This document shows, one piece after another, positions 9,783 through 19,142 of a stretch of 64,000 bases of DNA. The stretch comes from Candidatus Moraniibacteriota bacterium. GTDB lineage: Bacteria; Patescibacteriota; Minisyncoccia; Moranbacterales; UBA1568. The stretch covers positions 1,013,332-1,077,331 of the forward strand of contig CP064989.1 of NCBI GenBank assembly GCA_016699875.1, read 5' to 3'. A model generated the notes under the pieces. That model worked only from the letters and a program-made list of their open reading frames with translations. It had not been told where the DNA came from and made no database searches. Each line of letters opens with the position of its first letter. Within the stretch, counting starts at the first letter, position 1. Made by a program: the position numbers and the translations under genes.

Positions 9783-10316
9783 ATGGCGAATCGGCATCTT
9801 CAACGATCGGTAGCAATGCAGGCGCTTTTCGAATGGGATTTTCGGAAGCGGAGCGATGCTGAGATGGCCGATATTGTGCGCCGGAATCTCGAGGAATTCG
9901 CCCCCGGGCTCGAAGACGCCTCATTTACGCGTGTTTTGGTTGAAGGGGCGTTAGCACATCGCAAGGTTATCGATCAACTCATTGAGAAGTGTGCGCCCGA
10001 GTGGCCCCTTGACCAGGTGACGGTGATCGACCGTAATGTGCTTCGACTCGGTATTTTTGAGTTGCTCTATGGTAATTACGACGAAGTGCCACCCAAGGTC
10101 GCGATTAACGAAGCTATCGAGTTGTCCAAGACATTTGGCAGTGACAGCTCCCCGCGGTTTATCAATGGCGTTTTAGGCACTATCTATCGTGAGATGGGGG
10201 AGCCAATGAAGGACGACTCAAGCGAAAAACGTCGTGCTGCGCTGAAACTCAAAGAATTGGAGGAACATCCGGGAGACATGAAAACCGAACCGATCGATTC
10301 GGATGACGCGGAGTGA
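9783..10316 (+). CDS. nusB: transcription antitermination factor NusB
   Basis: [13 protein letters not shown]... then ...[27 protein letters not shown], a typical NusB pattern. Confidence 0.85.
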   Translation: MANRHLQRSVAMQALFEWDFRKRSDAEMADIVRRNLEEFAPGLEDASFTRVLVEGALAHRKVIDQLIEKCAPEWPLDQVTVIDRNVLRLGIFELLYGNYDEVPPKVAINEAIELSKTFGSDSSPRFINGVLGTIYREMGEPMKDDSSEKRRAALKLKELEEHPGDMKTEPIDSDDAE

Positions 10317-10598
10317 AGTTGCGTGTTTGGCGGCGAGTACTTGAAAGTCGGAAGGGGTGGTAAACAGACTCTAGAAGTCATCAGCGTGTTAGCGTGTCGA
10401 GATCTCTTCGTGCTTCAGTTGGGACGATAGAGAATCAATCAGAGTGATAAGAAAATAGGGATGGCAGAACTTAGGGATAACAAAAGGATGTTGTGTTGTC
10501 ATGAGATAAAGATAAATTGTAATATTTTCCCGGCATGAGCTGGGCATTCTCTGGGGTTTTTCGAGAGTGTCGCGCTTTTCCTGGGAGATATCTTCGGT

Positions 10599-11291
10599 AT
10601 GAAAGAATTCGACAAGGTGGAAATTGCTCGTATGCTGGGCGCGGAGATTCGAAAGCCCGAATATTTTCAGACAGCGTTTACTCACCGCTCTTATATCAAT
10701 GAGCATCGGAATTACCCGCTTGATCACAATGAACGATTGGAGTTTTTGGGCGATGCGGTACTTGAACTTGTGGTGACCGAATATCTTTTTCACCAATATC
10801 CCAATCCCGAAGGGGAGCTCACGAGTTGGCGCGCCGCCCTGGTAAATGGCGAAATGCTTGCCCGTGTCGGCGCTGAGCTTGGCATTGAACCGTTTCTCAT
10901 GATGAGTCGGGGCGAATCGAAGGATACGGGACGGTCACGCCAGTATCTGGTTGCCAATGCTATGGAGGCTATTATCGGGGCGCTCTACCTCGATCAGGGC
11001 TACGATGCTGCCAAGAGCTTTATTCTTCGGGTTATCGTGAGTCACCTGCCGGAAGTTTTTGAACAGAGGCTGTACGCTGATCCGAAGAGCGAGTTTCAAG
11101 AACAAGCGCAGACGCGCCTCAGTATGACGCCGTCCTATCGGGTGCTTTCGGAATCGGGACCTGACCATGACAAATGTTTTACGGCCGGTGCCTATATCGG
11201 CGATGATTTGGTCGCCGAAGGGACGGGGAGTTCCAAGCAAGAGGCACAGCGCGAAGCGGCCAAGAACGCCCTCAAGAAAAAGAGTTGGTAA
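10599..11291 (+). CDS. rnc: ribonuclease III
   Basis: ERLEFLGDAVLELVVTEYLF RNase III signature plus a C-terminal dsRBD (GSSKQEAQREAAKNALKK). Confidence 0.92.
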   Translation: MKEFDKVEIARMLGAEIRKPEYFQTAFTHRSYINEHRNYPLDHNERLEFLGDAVLELVVTEYLFHQYPNPEGELTSWRAALVNGEMLARVGAELGIEPFLMMSRGESKDTGRSRQYLVANAMEAIIGALYLDQGYDAAKSFILRVIVSHLPEVFEQRLYADPKSEFQEQAQTRLSMTPSYRVLSESGPDHDKCFTAGAYIGDDLVAEGTGSSKQEAQREAAKNALKKKSW

Positions 11292-11381
11292 TACCGATCT
11301 TTCGGCGCGATGCGGTTTCTGATATACTGAAGATACGGGTGGAAAACTTGTTTGAGGGATTGCAATACCAATACCATCGTC

Positions 11382-11945
11382 ATGGAAACGGAAAAAAAAG
11401 AAAAGACTCAATCAAGATGGTTTTTCGGGGTCTTTTTCTTTTTGGTAACTCTTTCGATTTTTGCGACTTTCTATCGGGTGTTTATTGCGAAGGACTATTT
11501 GGTGGACATAGAGGTGTCGTGTTCTCCGGAGAGGGCGGCTTGTTTTGCTCGAGATATCTGCGATACCGACGATGAGTCGTGCGGAGAGGATGATATTCCG
11601 ATTGAAACGTCATATTACAAAATCGTTGAAAGGAAAGCCTACAATTTTCCGGAGACATGCGCCTCCGGAACCCTTGATTCGCCGGAGTGTGCTGATTTAT
11701 CCTGTCGTCTGGGAGAAATAGATTGTACGGAGACCTACTGTTCCGATGAAACAGTGCCGGAAGGTGAGACCTGTGTCGGCCCGGGATTTGTCCTGGAAGA
11801 CTCCGAAGGTGCAACACTACCGAATGATTCGATGGGAGAGGGTGGTGAAGATAGCGAAGATGGTGCCGCAGGCAGTGGCACTGGCAGTGAAATTTCTCCG
11901 GAAGCGGGAATGGATGAAGAGGGTGGAGCTGTACAGATGAACTAG
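11382..11945 (+). CDS. hypothetical membrane-anchored, acidic, Cys-rich protein
   Basis: N-terminal TM helix (WFFGVFFFLVTLSIFATFYRVFI) followed by a D/E/C-rich ectodomain; no known motif. Start chosen at METEKKEK. Confidence 0.5.
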   Translation: METEKKEKTQSRWFFGVFFFLVTLSIFATFYRVFIAKDYLVDIEVSCSPERAACFARDICDTDDESCGEDDIPIETSYYKIVERKAYNFPETCASGTLDSPECADLSCRLGEIDCTETYCSDETVPEGETCVGPGFVLEDSEGATLPNDSMGEGGEDSEDGAAGSGTGSEISPEAGMDEEGGAVQMN

Positions 11946-12237
11946 GTGGATTCGGATTGATTTGACAGAATTTCTGAAATGTTTTCTCTATGGTGAAGTG
12001 GAAATATTCGCTAAACAGAAGGGAACGGTTGGGATTTTCCCGAATATAAAGGCTTTTCAAATGGACATATTTGTCCATTTTTTTTGACTTTTATTATTGA
12101 CATAAACAAATATTTATTGTAAAAAGTAAAGTTTACGAGGAATTATCATGAAGAAATCAGGATGTTTTTCTGTGGTAGGTGAGATGATTTGAAGCGAACG
12201 AGAAAGAGAAAGGGGGATAAACCTTTGGACAAAAGAA

Positions 12238-12876
12238 GTGAGTAGTCGTGATTTCATGGCTTTCATGGGGGCATTAGCGGGAGTGATTTCTCTGCTTGCT
12301 TATATTCCTTATATTTCCTCGATTATTCGAAGGAAGACTGTCCCAAGTCGAACGTCATTTTGGATATTATTCTTCGTGGGGTTGGTTACATTATTAGCAT
12401 ATAAGGGGTCTGGCGCGTCCAATACCCTTTTTTTTCTTATCGGAGATTTGGTTGGATGTTTCTTGATTGCCCTCCTGAGTCTTCTTTATGGAAAGGATGG
12501 GACGCAGACTTTTGACAAGCTTTGTTTTTTTGGAGCCATTGTGAGTTTGGGATTGTGGTTTTTCTTCCAGGAATATCCTTCGGTGGCGCTTATATCGAGC
12601 TTGTCGGTTGAGTTTGTTGCCATGATTCCTATTTTGAAAAAAGCGTACTTAAATCCGTTTGAAGAAGATATAACAACATGGCTTCTTTCTTTTGTTGCGG
12701 CAGTCATGAATATTTATGCGATAGAGACGTGGAGCTTTCTTGTTGTTCTTCTTCCGTTTTATGAGTTTGCGATTGTTGGAATGATCGTTCTGTTTCTTTC
12801 GAGAAGAAGGAAAAGCAAGGTTCCTTTGAATGACATCGCACCGCATCTAAAAATGGTTCGACTGGTAAGATATTGA
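12238..12876 (+). CDS. hypothetical polytopic membrane protein (about 6 TM helices)
   Basis: Multiple hydrophobic helices; the stop overlaps the start of the next gene by 4 nt (translational coupling). A+T-rich relative to its flanks. Confidence 0.6.
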   Translation: MSSRDFMAFMGALAGVISLLAYIPYISSIIRRKTVPSRTSFWILFFVGLVTLLAYKGSGASNTLFFLIGDLVGCFLIALLSLLYGKDGTQTFDKLCFFGAIVSLGLWFFFQEYPSVALISSLSVEFVAMIPILKKAYLNPFEEDITTWLLSFVAAVMNIYAIETWSFLVVLLPFYEFAIVGMIVLFLSRRRKSKVPLNDIAPHLKMVRLVRY

Positions 12877-14249
12877 ATATGACTGATAATGACATTGATT
12901 TGAAGGAGAGTCTAAGGAAAGAAGTCCAGAAAATATATACTCCGTTGTCTGTTGCAAAGGAAGAAATTTGGAAAAGATGGGGAAATAAAGAGCTGCAAAA
13001 GAATGTGAGTGAGTTTTTGGGCATTAAAGCTGAACGATTTTTTAAAGAAAGTCCGGTCGCCTGTTTGGGGAGGAATATTGTGAGTCCTACTATGGAGTTT
13101 AGCTATTTCTTGGAATTAGCCAAAGAGATAGATCTTGAACCTCTGGTTATAGAACATGTTAAAGATAAGTTTGTTACAGAAAACCCGGATAAGTACTATT
13201 TAGCGAAATTGTATTTTTACAATAAGAACGGAAGGAAGAATGATAGGAACATTGACACTGATTTTATCAACGCCATTGATTTCAATAAATATCAAGGAGA
13301 AAAAATATGTAACATAAATACAATGTGGGGAGAGAATCTTGTTGATTTTCAACATAGAATTTCTCATGACTTATTTCCTAATCACTGGAGGAAAAGTATC
13401 GATATATCGGAAATACTGGATTTAAATCACAAGGGGTTGAGTCAGTGTTACGATAAATATCTAGCTCTTTTTATCTTCGGAGGCGTGTTGTTCGAAAACT
13501 TCTTGTTAAGTAAAAACATCAAGGACTTTACACATAGAGTTGTGGTCCCCGCATTTGCCAAACTTGAAAAACTTTTTGGCATTAAGCCTCTTATTGTTCC
13601 TTTATCTTCAATAGAGGATCAGGATGACTTGTATTGGTGGTGTTATCCAACTTTAATTAAAGATGATATTATGGAACATATAACAATTGGTGGAGCAAAG
13701 TACAGGAAGATACATCACGGAGAGTTTAAGAATGCTCTTATAAAGCTTAAACCATCAAGGATAGTACCAACTGGAGTGGGTGTTTTTGCTGTTAGAAACC
13801 TAAGCAAGGGAATTATAATTGGTGATGTAAGGTTTTTAAGCGAAGACTTTTTTCTTACTCGAAATGACTATGAAAAGGTAGACCAGGAATCAAGGGGTGT
13901 AATAAAAAACTTCTGCATCCCAACTCCTGACGGTTTCTTTGCTCCTAAAGATGTTAATTATCTCTCTATCCCTTGGTATATCAATCATTCTTGTGATGGC
14001 AATGTTGGGTATGATAAAAATGGAAATTTTGTTACCATAAAAAACATTAAAAAGGATGACGAGCTCTCCTACGATTATGGATTAGCTGTGTCGGATCCTG
14101 GTTTTAAATTATATTGTAAGTGTAGATCAAAAAAATGCAGGAAAGTCATTACCGGGAATGATTGGAAGAATGTTGAATATCGAAAGAAAAACTATTCGCA
14201 TATGACCCCAGAGCTCAAGGAACTCATAGAGAAAACATATAAAGATTAA
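12873..14249 (+). CDS. SET-domain protein (putative protein-lysine methyltransferase) with an unrecognised ~290-aa N-terminal domain
   Basis: C-terminal SET signatures: GVGVFAVRNLSKGIIIGDV (GxG region), INHSCDGN (the NHSCxPN motif), ELSYDYG (the ELxxDY motif) and post-SET cysteines CKCRSKKC. The N-terminal 290 aa is K/N/I-rich with no motif I recognise. Confidence 0.75.
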   Translation: MNMTDNDIDLKESLRKEVQKIYTPLSVAKEEIWKRWGNKELQKNVSEFLGIKAERFFKESPVACLGRNIVSPTMEFSYFLELAKEIDLEPLVIEHVKDKFVTENPDKYYLAKLYFYNKNGRKNDRNIDTDFINAIDFNKYQGEKICNINTMWGENLVDFQHRISHDLFPNHWRKSIDISEILDLNHKGLSQCYDKYLALFIFGGVLFENFLLSKNIKDFTHRVVVPAFAKLEKLFGIKPLIVPLSSIEDQDDLYWWCYPTLIKDDIMEHITIGGAKYRKIHHGEFKNALIKLKPSRIVPTGVGVFAVRNLSKGIIIGDVRFLSEDFFLTRNDYEKVDQESRGVIKNFCIPTPDGFFAPKDVNYLSIPWYINHSCDGNVGYDKNGNFVTIKNIKKDDELSYDYGLAVSDPGFKLYCKCRSKKCRKVITGNDWKNVEYRKKNYSHMTPELKELIEKTYKD

Positions 14250-14255
14250 AGTTAT

Positions 14256-15932
14256 ATGGCATACAATTTGGTGACAAATATAGAATCTTGTTATGTATAT
14301 ATAAAAGATGCTCCTTTCGGTTTGATCTATTACTCGCATATTCCAACAGGAATTGCAGCGTTGTCTATAGGATTGTTTGTCTTTTACAGCAACAGAAAGT
14401 TTTTACTGAACAAGCTACTCTTTCTTTTCTCCCTCACCTTTTTTTTCTGGTCATTTGCTGATCTCGTTACGTGGACGTATAGCTACAATAGCGTCTACAC
14501 GATGTTTGCGTGGTCGTTATTGGGCGTTACAAATGTTCTACTTTTTGTCGTGAGCCTATATTTCACGTATGTCTTTCTCGATAGGAGAGATGTAACATCT
14601 TCGTTAAAATTGATTTTTGGCGCATTATTGCTTCCAGCTATTGTAATTACACCTACCTATTTTAACCTGGGCGAATTTAGTAATATTGATTGCTCTCCAA
14701 TTGAGGGGGATTACTTTAATTACTACCAGTACTTCATTAATGGTTTAGTGGTTATATGGATTGTTTTCCTATCATTTAGGAGGTATAGATTAGCGGGAAA
14801 AGAGCTTAAGAAACAAATAATGCTTTTTTCCTTTGGCATGAATTTTTTCTTAATGCTGTTTCTTTTGGCAGGGGTTTTGGCTCCTTACCTGTATGGACTT
14901 GGTGTTGTAAATGATTACAGAATTGAGTCTATGGGCATGTTTGGAATGCCCATTTTTCTTGGCCTCCTTGCGTACCTCATCGTTCGATATCAGGCATTCA
15001 ATGTAAAAATTATTGCAACACAAGCATTAGTGGTGACACTGGCGATATTGATTGGCTCACAGCTTTTCTTTATCAGGTCGCAGATAAATTTCATACTTAC
15101 ATCAATTACATTTCTCCTGTCTGTTCTCTTTGGCATTCTCCTCATCCGTTCTGTGAAGAATGAAATTCGACGGAAGGAAGAGCTGCAGATTGTGACGGAC
15201 AAATTGGCGGCGGCGAATGTGGAGCTCAAGCGTCTTGATCAGTCGAAGCCGGAGTTCATTTCGATCGCGTCGCATCAGTTGCGGACGCCATTGACGGCAA
15301 TCAAGGGATTTGTCTCGCTTTTGCTTGAAGGATCGTACGGCAAGGTGCCGGCACCGATCACGGATGTACTCGATAAGATTTATACGGCAAATGATCGAAT
15401 CGTGCACTTGGTGGAAGATTTGCTCAACATTTCCCGTATGGAATCGGGGCGGCTCAAGTACGAGTATGCAGAGGTGAATATTCCGGAATTCTTGGATGAA
15501 CTTCGCGATACGTTTGCGATCGTTGCCAAGAAGAAGGGTTTGGAGTTGACATTTGAGACGGTGACAGACTCGATCAAGCCGGCATGGGTGGATCGACAGA
15601 AGGCCTTCGAAGTAGTCTCGAATCTTATCGACAATGCGCTCAAGTATACGGCTGCCGGGAGTGTCCGGGTTCGCACGGAGGATGCGAGCGGTTTCATCCG
15701 TATCTCCGTGACGGATACAGGCGTTGGCATTGATTCCGATATGATGTCCGCCTTGTTTCAGAAGTTCTCTCGCGGCAAGGAGAGCGGCAAGATGCACGTG
15801 AGCGGCACCGGTCTCGGACTCTATGTCGGGAAGTCCATGATCGAGGCGCAAGGCGGCCACATCGGCGTCACCTCCGAAGGCACCGGCAAAGGCTCGACCT
15901 TCTTCGTGGAATTACCGGTGAAGCAAGGGTAA
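14256..15932 (+). CDS. sensor histidine kinase with N-terminal multi-TM (7-8 helix) sensor region
   Basis: H-box FISIASHQLRTPLTAIKGF; N/G boxes (NLIDNALKYT, DTGVGI, GTGLGLYV). About 300 aa of consecutive TM helices precede the kinase core. No response regulator adjacent. Confidence 0.88.
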   Translation: MAYNLVTNIESCYVYIKDAPFGLIYYSHIPTGIAALSIGLFVFYSNRKFLLNKLLFLFSLTFFFWSFADLVTWTYSYNSVYTMFAWSLLGVTNVLLFVVSLYFTYVFLDRRDVTSSLKLIFGALLLPAIVITPTYFNLGEFSNIDCSPIEGDYFNYYQYFINGLVVIWIVFLSFRRYRLAGKELKKQIMLFSFGMNFFLMLFLLAGVLAPYLYGLGVVNDYRIESMGMFGMPIFLGLLAYLIVRYQAFNVKIIATQALVVTLAILIGSQLFFIRSQINFILTSITFLLSVLFGILLIRSVKNEIRRKEELQIVTDKLAAANVELKRLDQSKPEFISIASHQLRTPLTAIKGFVSLLLEGSYGKVPAPITDVLDKIYTANDRIVHLVEDLLNISRMESGRLKYEYAEVNIPEFLDELRDTFAIVAKKKGLELTFETVTDSIKPAWVDRQKAFEVVSNLIDNALKYTAAGSVRVRTEDASGFIRISVTDTGVGIDSDMMSALFQKFSRGKESGKMHVSGTGLGLYVGKSMIEAQGGHIGVTSEGTGKGSTFFVELPVKQG

Positions 15933-16198
15933 TTCTTTCAGATATCAAGAGTCGTAATATTGACAGAGAATCTCTTATATGATACCCTACCGAAGGTAGG
16001 AAGCAGGGGATAGATAAGCAGAAGTGAGACCTATGAATTCCAGATACTGCCAGATGAATACGTGGGGACATACCGGCGTGGATATACGCGGCGGCGTTTT
16101 TGCGTCGCCAATCGCCAGTTCTATTCTGTTAAGCCGTGATTATCGAAATTTCTCTTGTCCGTCACTCTTTCGATAAAATATATCCTCTTGGAAGGTTT

Positions 16199-16228
16199 CC
16201 CGGCTCAACAGAAGAGTCGGGTTTTTTG
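16199..16228 (+). terminator. orphan intrinsic terminator in the HK-MFS intergenic region
   Basis: cccggctc/gagtcggg stem (one G-U) followed by ttttttg. It lies 265 nt after the HK stop and 50 nt before the MFS start. Confidence 0.45.
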
Positions 16229-16280
16229 TTGAGAAGAAGTTCTTTAAAACATCAAGCTCACAGTAAGAGGAGGTGAGAGT

Positions 16281-17456
16281 ATGCGGAGTTTACGATCAAA
16301 TATTTGGAAACTCTATGCCATAAAAGGTTTGCGCAGCTGCATGTTTGAGATGCCGATTATCGTTCTCTTTTTCCGGGAGAATGGACTGTCGATGCAGGAC
16401 GTGTTTGTTTTACAGGCACTCTTTTCTCTAGTGACGATCGTGCTCGATGTACCGACAGGACACTTTTCGGATATGTTTAGTAGGAAGGTGTCGATCGTTA
16501 TTGGGGGAGGCGTTTCTGCGTTTGGTTTCGCGGTTTATTTCGTATCTTCCGGATTTTGGGAGTTTCTTATTGCGGAAACCATGCTTGGCGTTGGTATGAG
16601 TTTTGTGTCAGGAGCGGATTCAGCAATGCTTTATGACACGCTTCTTGTTTTGAATCGGGAAGGGGAATATCGTCGTCGAGAGGGGGCGAACAGCAGTACT
16701 GGTCTTTTGTTGGAAAGCGTAGCAAGTATTATCGGCGGATTTCTTGCAGTGGCAAGTCTTCGGCTGCCGATTCTCTGCGATGTGCTTGTCTCGATTTGCA
16801 TTATTCCTGTAGCGCTTATACTCGTTGAACCCCCGCTACACCGTGAGATATCTCAAAAGAGTAGTCTTGTAATCATGTGGGCAACGGTGCGATACGCACT
16901 CTATGCCCATGCGGAGATTAAGTGGCTCATTCTCTATTCATCCATTGTGAGCACGTCAACTCTCACTATGGTGTGGTTTATTCAGCCATATCTCGTAGTA
17001 ACCGGTGTTCCAATTGAGTGGTTTGGCATTGTTTGGTCCGTACTTATGGGAGTGGCAGCATTCTTCTCATGGTATGCACACTTTGTGGAACGAGTTATCG
17101 GACGGAAGCGGTCATTGATTCTCCTCGTTGCCTTGCCTGTATTTGGCTACGGGTTGATAGCTTCAGTGTGGCATGTTTGGTCTGCTATATTTCTCGTGTG
17201 TTTCTATATCACGCGCGGCATTCTGAATCCGGTGCTTTTGGACTATATCAATGGCCTGATTTCTTCCGATGTTCGAGCCACCATTCTGTCTGTGAAAAAC
17301 CTGGTTGGTCGGTGCGTATTTGTCATTGTTGGTCCTCTTGCCGGATGGGCAAGCGATGCCTATTCGCTCCAATTGGCACTTCTGTTGTCCGGAATCATCT
17401 TTCTGTTCTTTGGCGGAGTAATTCTTCTTGCTATGTGGAAGAAAAAAATCCTGTAA
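16281..17456 (+). CDS. MFS-family transporter
   Basis: About 12 predicted TM helices; MFS-like motif region (...GHFSDMFSRKVSIVIGG..). Confidence 0.75.
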   Translation: MRSLRSNIWKLYAIKGLRSCMFEMPIIVLFFRENGLSMQDVFVLQALFSLVTIVLDVPTGHFSDMFSRKVSIVIGGGVSAFGFAVYFVSSGFWEFLIAETMLGVGMSFVSGADSAMLYDTLLVLNREGEYRRREGANSSTGLLLESVASIIGGFLAVASLRLPILCDVLVSICIIPVALILVEPPLHREISQKSSLVIMWATVRYALYAHAEIKWLILYSSIVSTSTLTMVWFIQPYLVVTGVPIEWFGIVWSVLMGVAAFFSWYAHFVERVIGRKRSLILLVALPVFGYGLIASVWHVWSAIFLVCFYITRGILNPVLLDYINGLISSDVRATILSVKNLVGRCVFVIVGPLAGWASDAYSLQLALLLSGIIFLFFGGVILLAMWKKKIL

Positions 17457-17521
17457 AGAGAGGTGGGCACCTCAAAAAAGCGGCGAGGCATTTCAAAACA
17501 ATGCCAGCCGCTTTTTCCTTG

Positions 17522-17594
17522 TCTTTCTGTGTGTCCCTGGCAGGAATCGAACCTGCGGCCTTCTGGACCGGAACCAGACGCTCTATCCACTGAG
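17522..17594 (-). tRNA. tRNA-Arg (anticodon CCG)
   Basis: Reverse complement GTCTCTG-TA-GCTC-AGTGGATA-GAGC-G-TCTGG-TTCCGGT-CCAGA-AGGCC-GCAGG-TTCGATT-CCTGC-CAGGGAC-A gives a full cloverleaf, 73 nt. CCA is not encoded. Confidence 0.85.
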
Positions 17595-17749
17595 CTACAG
17601 AGACGGGAATGGATGATTGGTATGAGGGGTGGAGCGGATTGCGTTGCGATGTTCGAAACCCTCCGAACAGTATACTTTCTCCGGGGGGTATTGTACAATA
17701 GGGGCACGGAAAACAGATGATTCCCGGTCTTTTCCGGCACTGAGACGCT

Positions 17750-18538
17750 ATGGATGTAAGTATTATTTTGGTGAATTATCGAAGCCGAGAGAAAACTCGG
17801 AACTGTCTTTTTTCTTTGAAAAAAGCTGATCTGTCGGGGATTTCTCATGAAATCATCATAGTTGACAATAGTGAGGCGGACGATTTCGGCAAGGAATTTC
17901 GCCAGGAATTCCCGGAGGTGATCTTTGTGCGAAATGAGACAAACAGCGGCATGGGGAGCGGAAACAATCTGGGTGCTCGACAGGCGCGAGGGAGTTTCCT
18001 TCTTATCCTCAATCCGGACACAATCGTTCGTCCGGATGCGATTCGACAGCTCTTCGATATGATGAAGAATCACGAGGATATGGGTATTGCCGGGCCGAAG
18101 CTTCTCAATCCGGATGGCACGCTTCAGTATTCGTGTCTGCGTTTTCCGAAAGTGTGGACGCCGATTCTTCGGCGCACGATTCTTGGACGATTTGCGCCGC
18201 ATCACCTCGGAAGATATCTCATGACGGATTTCGATCACCAGCAGACGAGAGATGTCGATTGGATGATGGGATCGTGTCTTTTGATTCGTGCCGACCTCTA
18301 TCATTGTATCGGAGGGTTTGATGAGCGGTTCTTTATGTATTTTGAAGACATTGATCTGTGCCGGCGCGCTTGGCGGGAAGGTCTGCGCGTAGTGTATTGT
18401 CCTGATGCTATCGTGGTGCACGATCATGCTCGCGGGAGCGCCCGTTCTCGGTGGTTTATCGCACCTTTTACGAGTCGCTTAGCGCGTGAACATATCCGAT
18501 CATGGATAAAATACGCCGTTAAATGGCGATTCCAGTGA
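17750..18538 (+). CDS. family-2 glycosyltransferase
   Basis: IILVNYRSREKT...IIVDNSEADD... then ...LLILNPDTIV... and a DxD-like FEDIDL. GT2 architecture. Confidence 0.85.
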   Translation: MDVSIILVNYRSREKTRNCLFSLKKADLSGISHEIIIVDNSEADDFGKEFRQEFPEVIFVRNETNSGMGSGNNLGARQARGSFLLILNPDTIVRPDAIRQLFDMMKNHEDMGIAGPKLLNPDGTLQYSCLRFPKVWTPILRRTILGRFAPHHLGRYLMTDFDHQQTRDVDWMMGSCLLIRADLYHCIGGFDERFFMYFEDIDLCRRAWREGLRVVYCPDAIVVHDHARGSARSRWFIAPFTSRLAREHIRSWIKYAVKWRFQ

Positions 18539-18658
18539 AAATGTAGCTCACTATGTTTATGGTCGACAGCTTGCATGTTTCCTTATTGGGACCTAGAGTG
18601 AAAGGAATGTACCTGTGCGATAAGGCAAAGGGGCGATAGGATGTGTAGCCGTATATTT

Positions 18659-19102
18659 ATGGCACGAGTATTATTGGTTGAAGATGATCCGATGATCTCG
18701 GAGATTTATCAGCGGAAGTTCTCCGCTGCCGGGTTTGAAGTGCGCATTGCCGCTTCAGGGAAGGCTGTTTTGGATATTTTGCGGACAGAATCATTCGACC
18801 TGGTGCTACTCGATATTGTCTTACCGGAGATGAGCGGAATGGAGATTTTGGAAAAGCTTCGCAATCCGAAAAACGGCTACAATTCCGATATCAAGATCGT
18901 GATGTTTAGTAGTTTGAGCGAGAAGGATGACCGGGATCGGGCCGTAGCTCTTGGTGCGAGCGGCTTTATCTCGAAAACGGAAGTTTCTCCCTCCGAACTG
19001 ATTGTTGAGGTGACGCGATTTTTGCATCAGTTTGAAGCGCAAGCAAGCAGTACGGATCGGAAAGGGATATCCATCTCAAACGTCCCGAATATATCAGCGT
19101 GA
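18659..19102 (+). CDS. single-domain response-regulator receiver (CheY-like) protein
   Basis: VLLVEDDPMISEIY...LVLLDIVLPEMSGMEIL...KIVMFSS; no output domain. Confidence 0.8.
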   Translation: MARVLLVEDDPMISEIYQRKFSAAGFEVRIAASGKAVLDILRTESFDLVLLDIVLPEMSGMEILEKLRNPKNGYNSDIKIVMFSSLSEKDDRDRAVALGASGFISKTEVSPSELIVEVTRFLHQFEAQASSTDRKGISISNVPNISA

Positions 19103-19142
19103 GGCGCTTCGATGTTTGAAGGGGAGAATGTTTAATCAATAA

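Noticed and set aside
15102-15860. 252-aa minus-strand ORF inside the histidine kinase gene
   Set aside because: Antisense shadow of the HisKA/HATPase region.
17360-18427. 355-aa minus-strand ORF
   Set aside because: It runs antisense to the well-supported GT2 gene and straight through tRNA-Arg, giving the tell-tale tRNA translation. No motifs.
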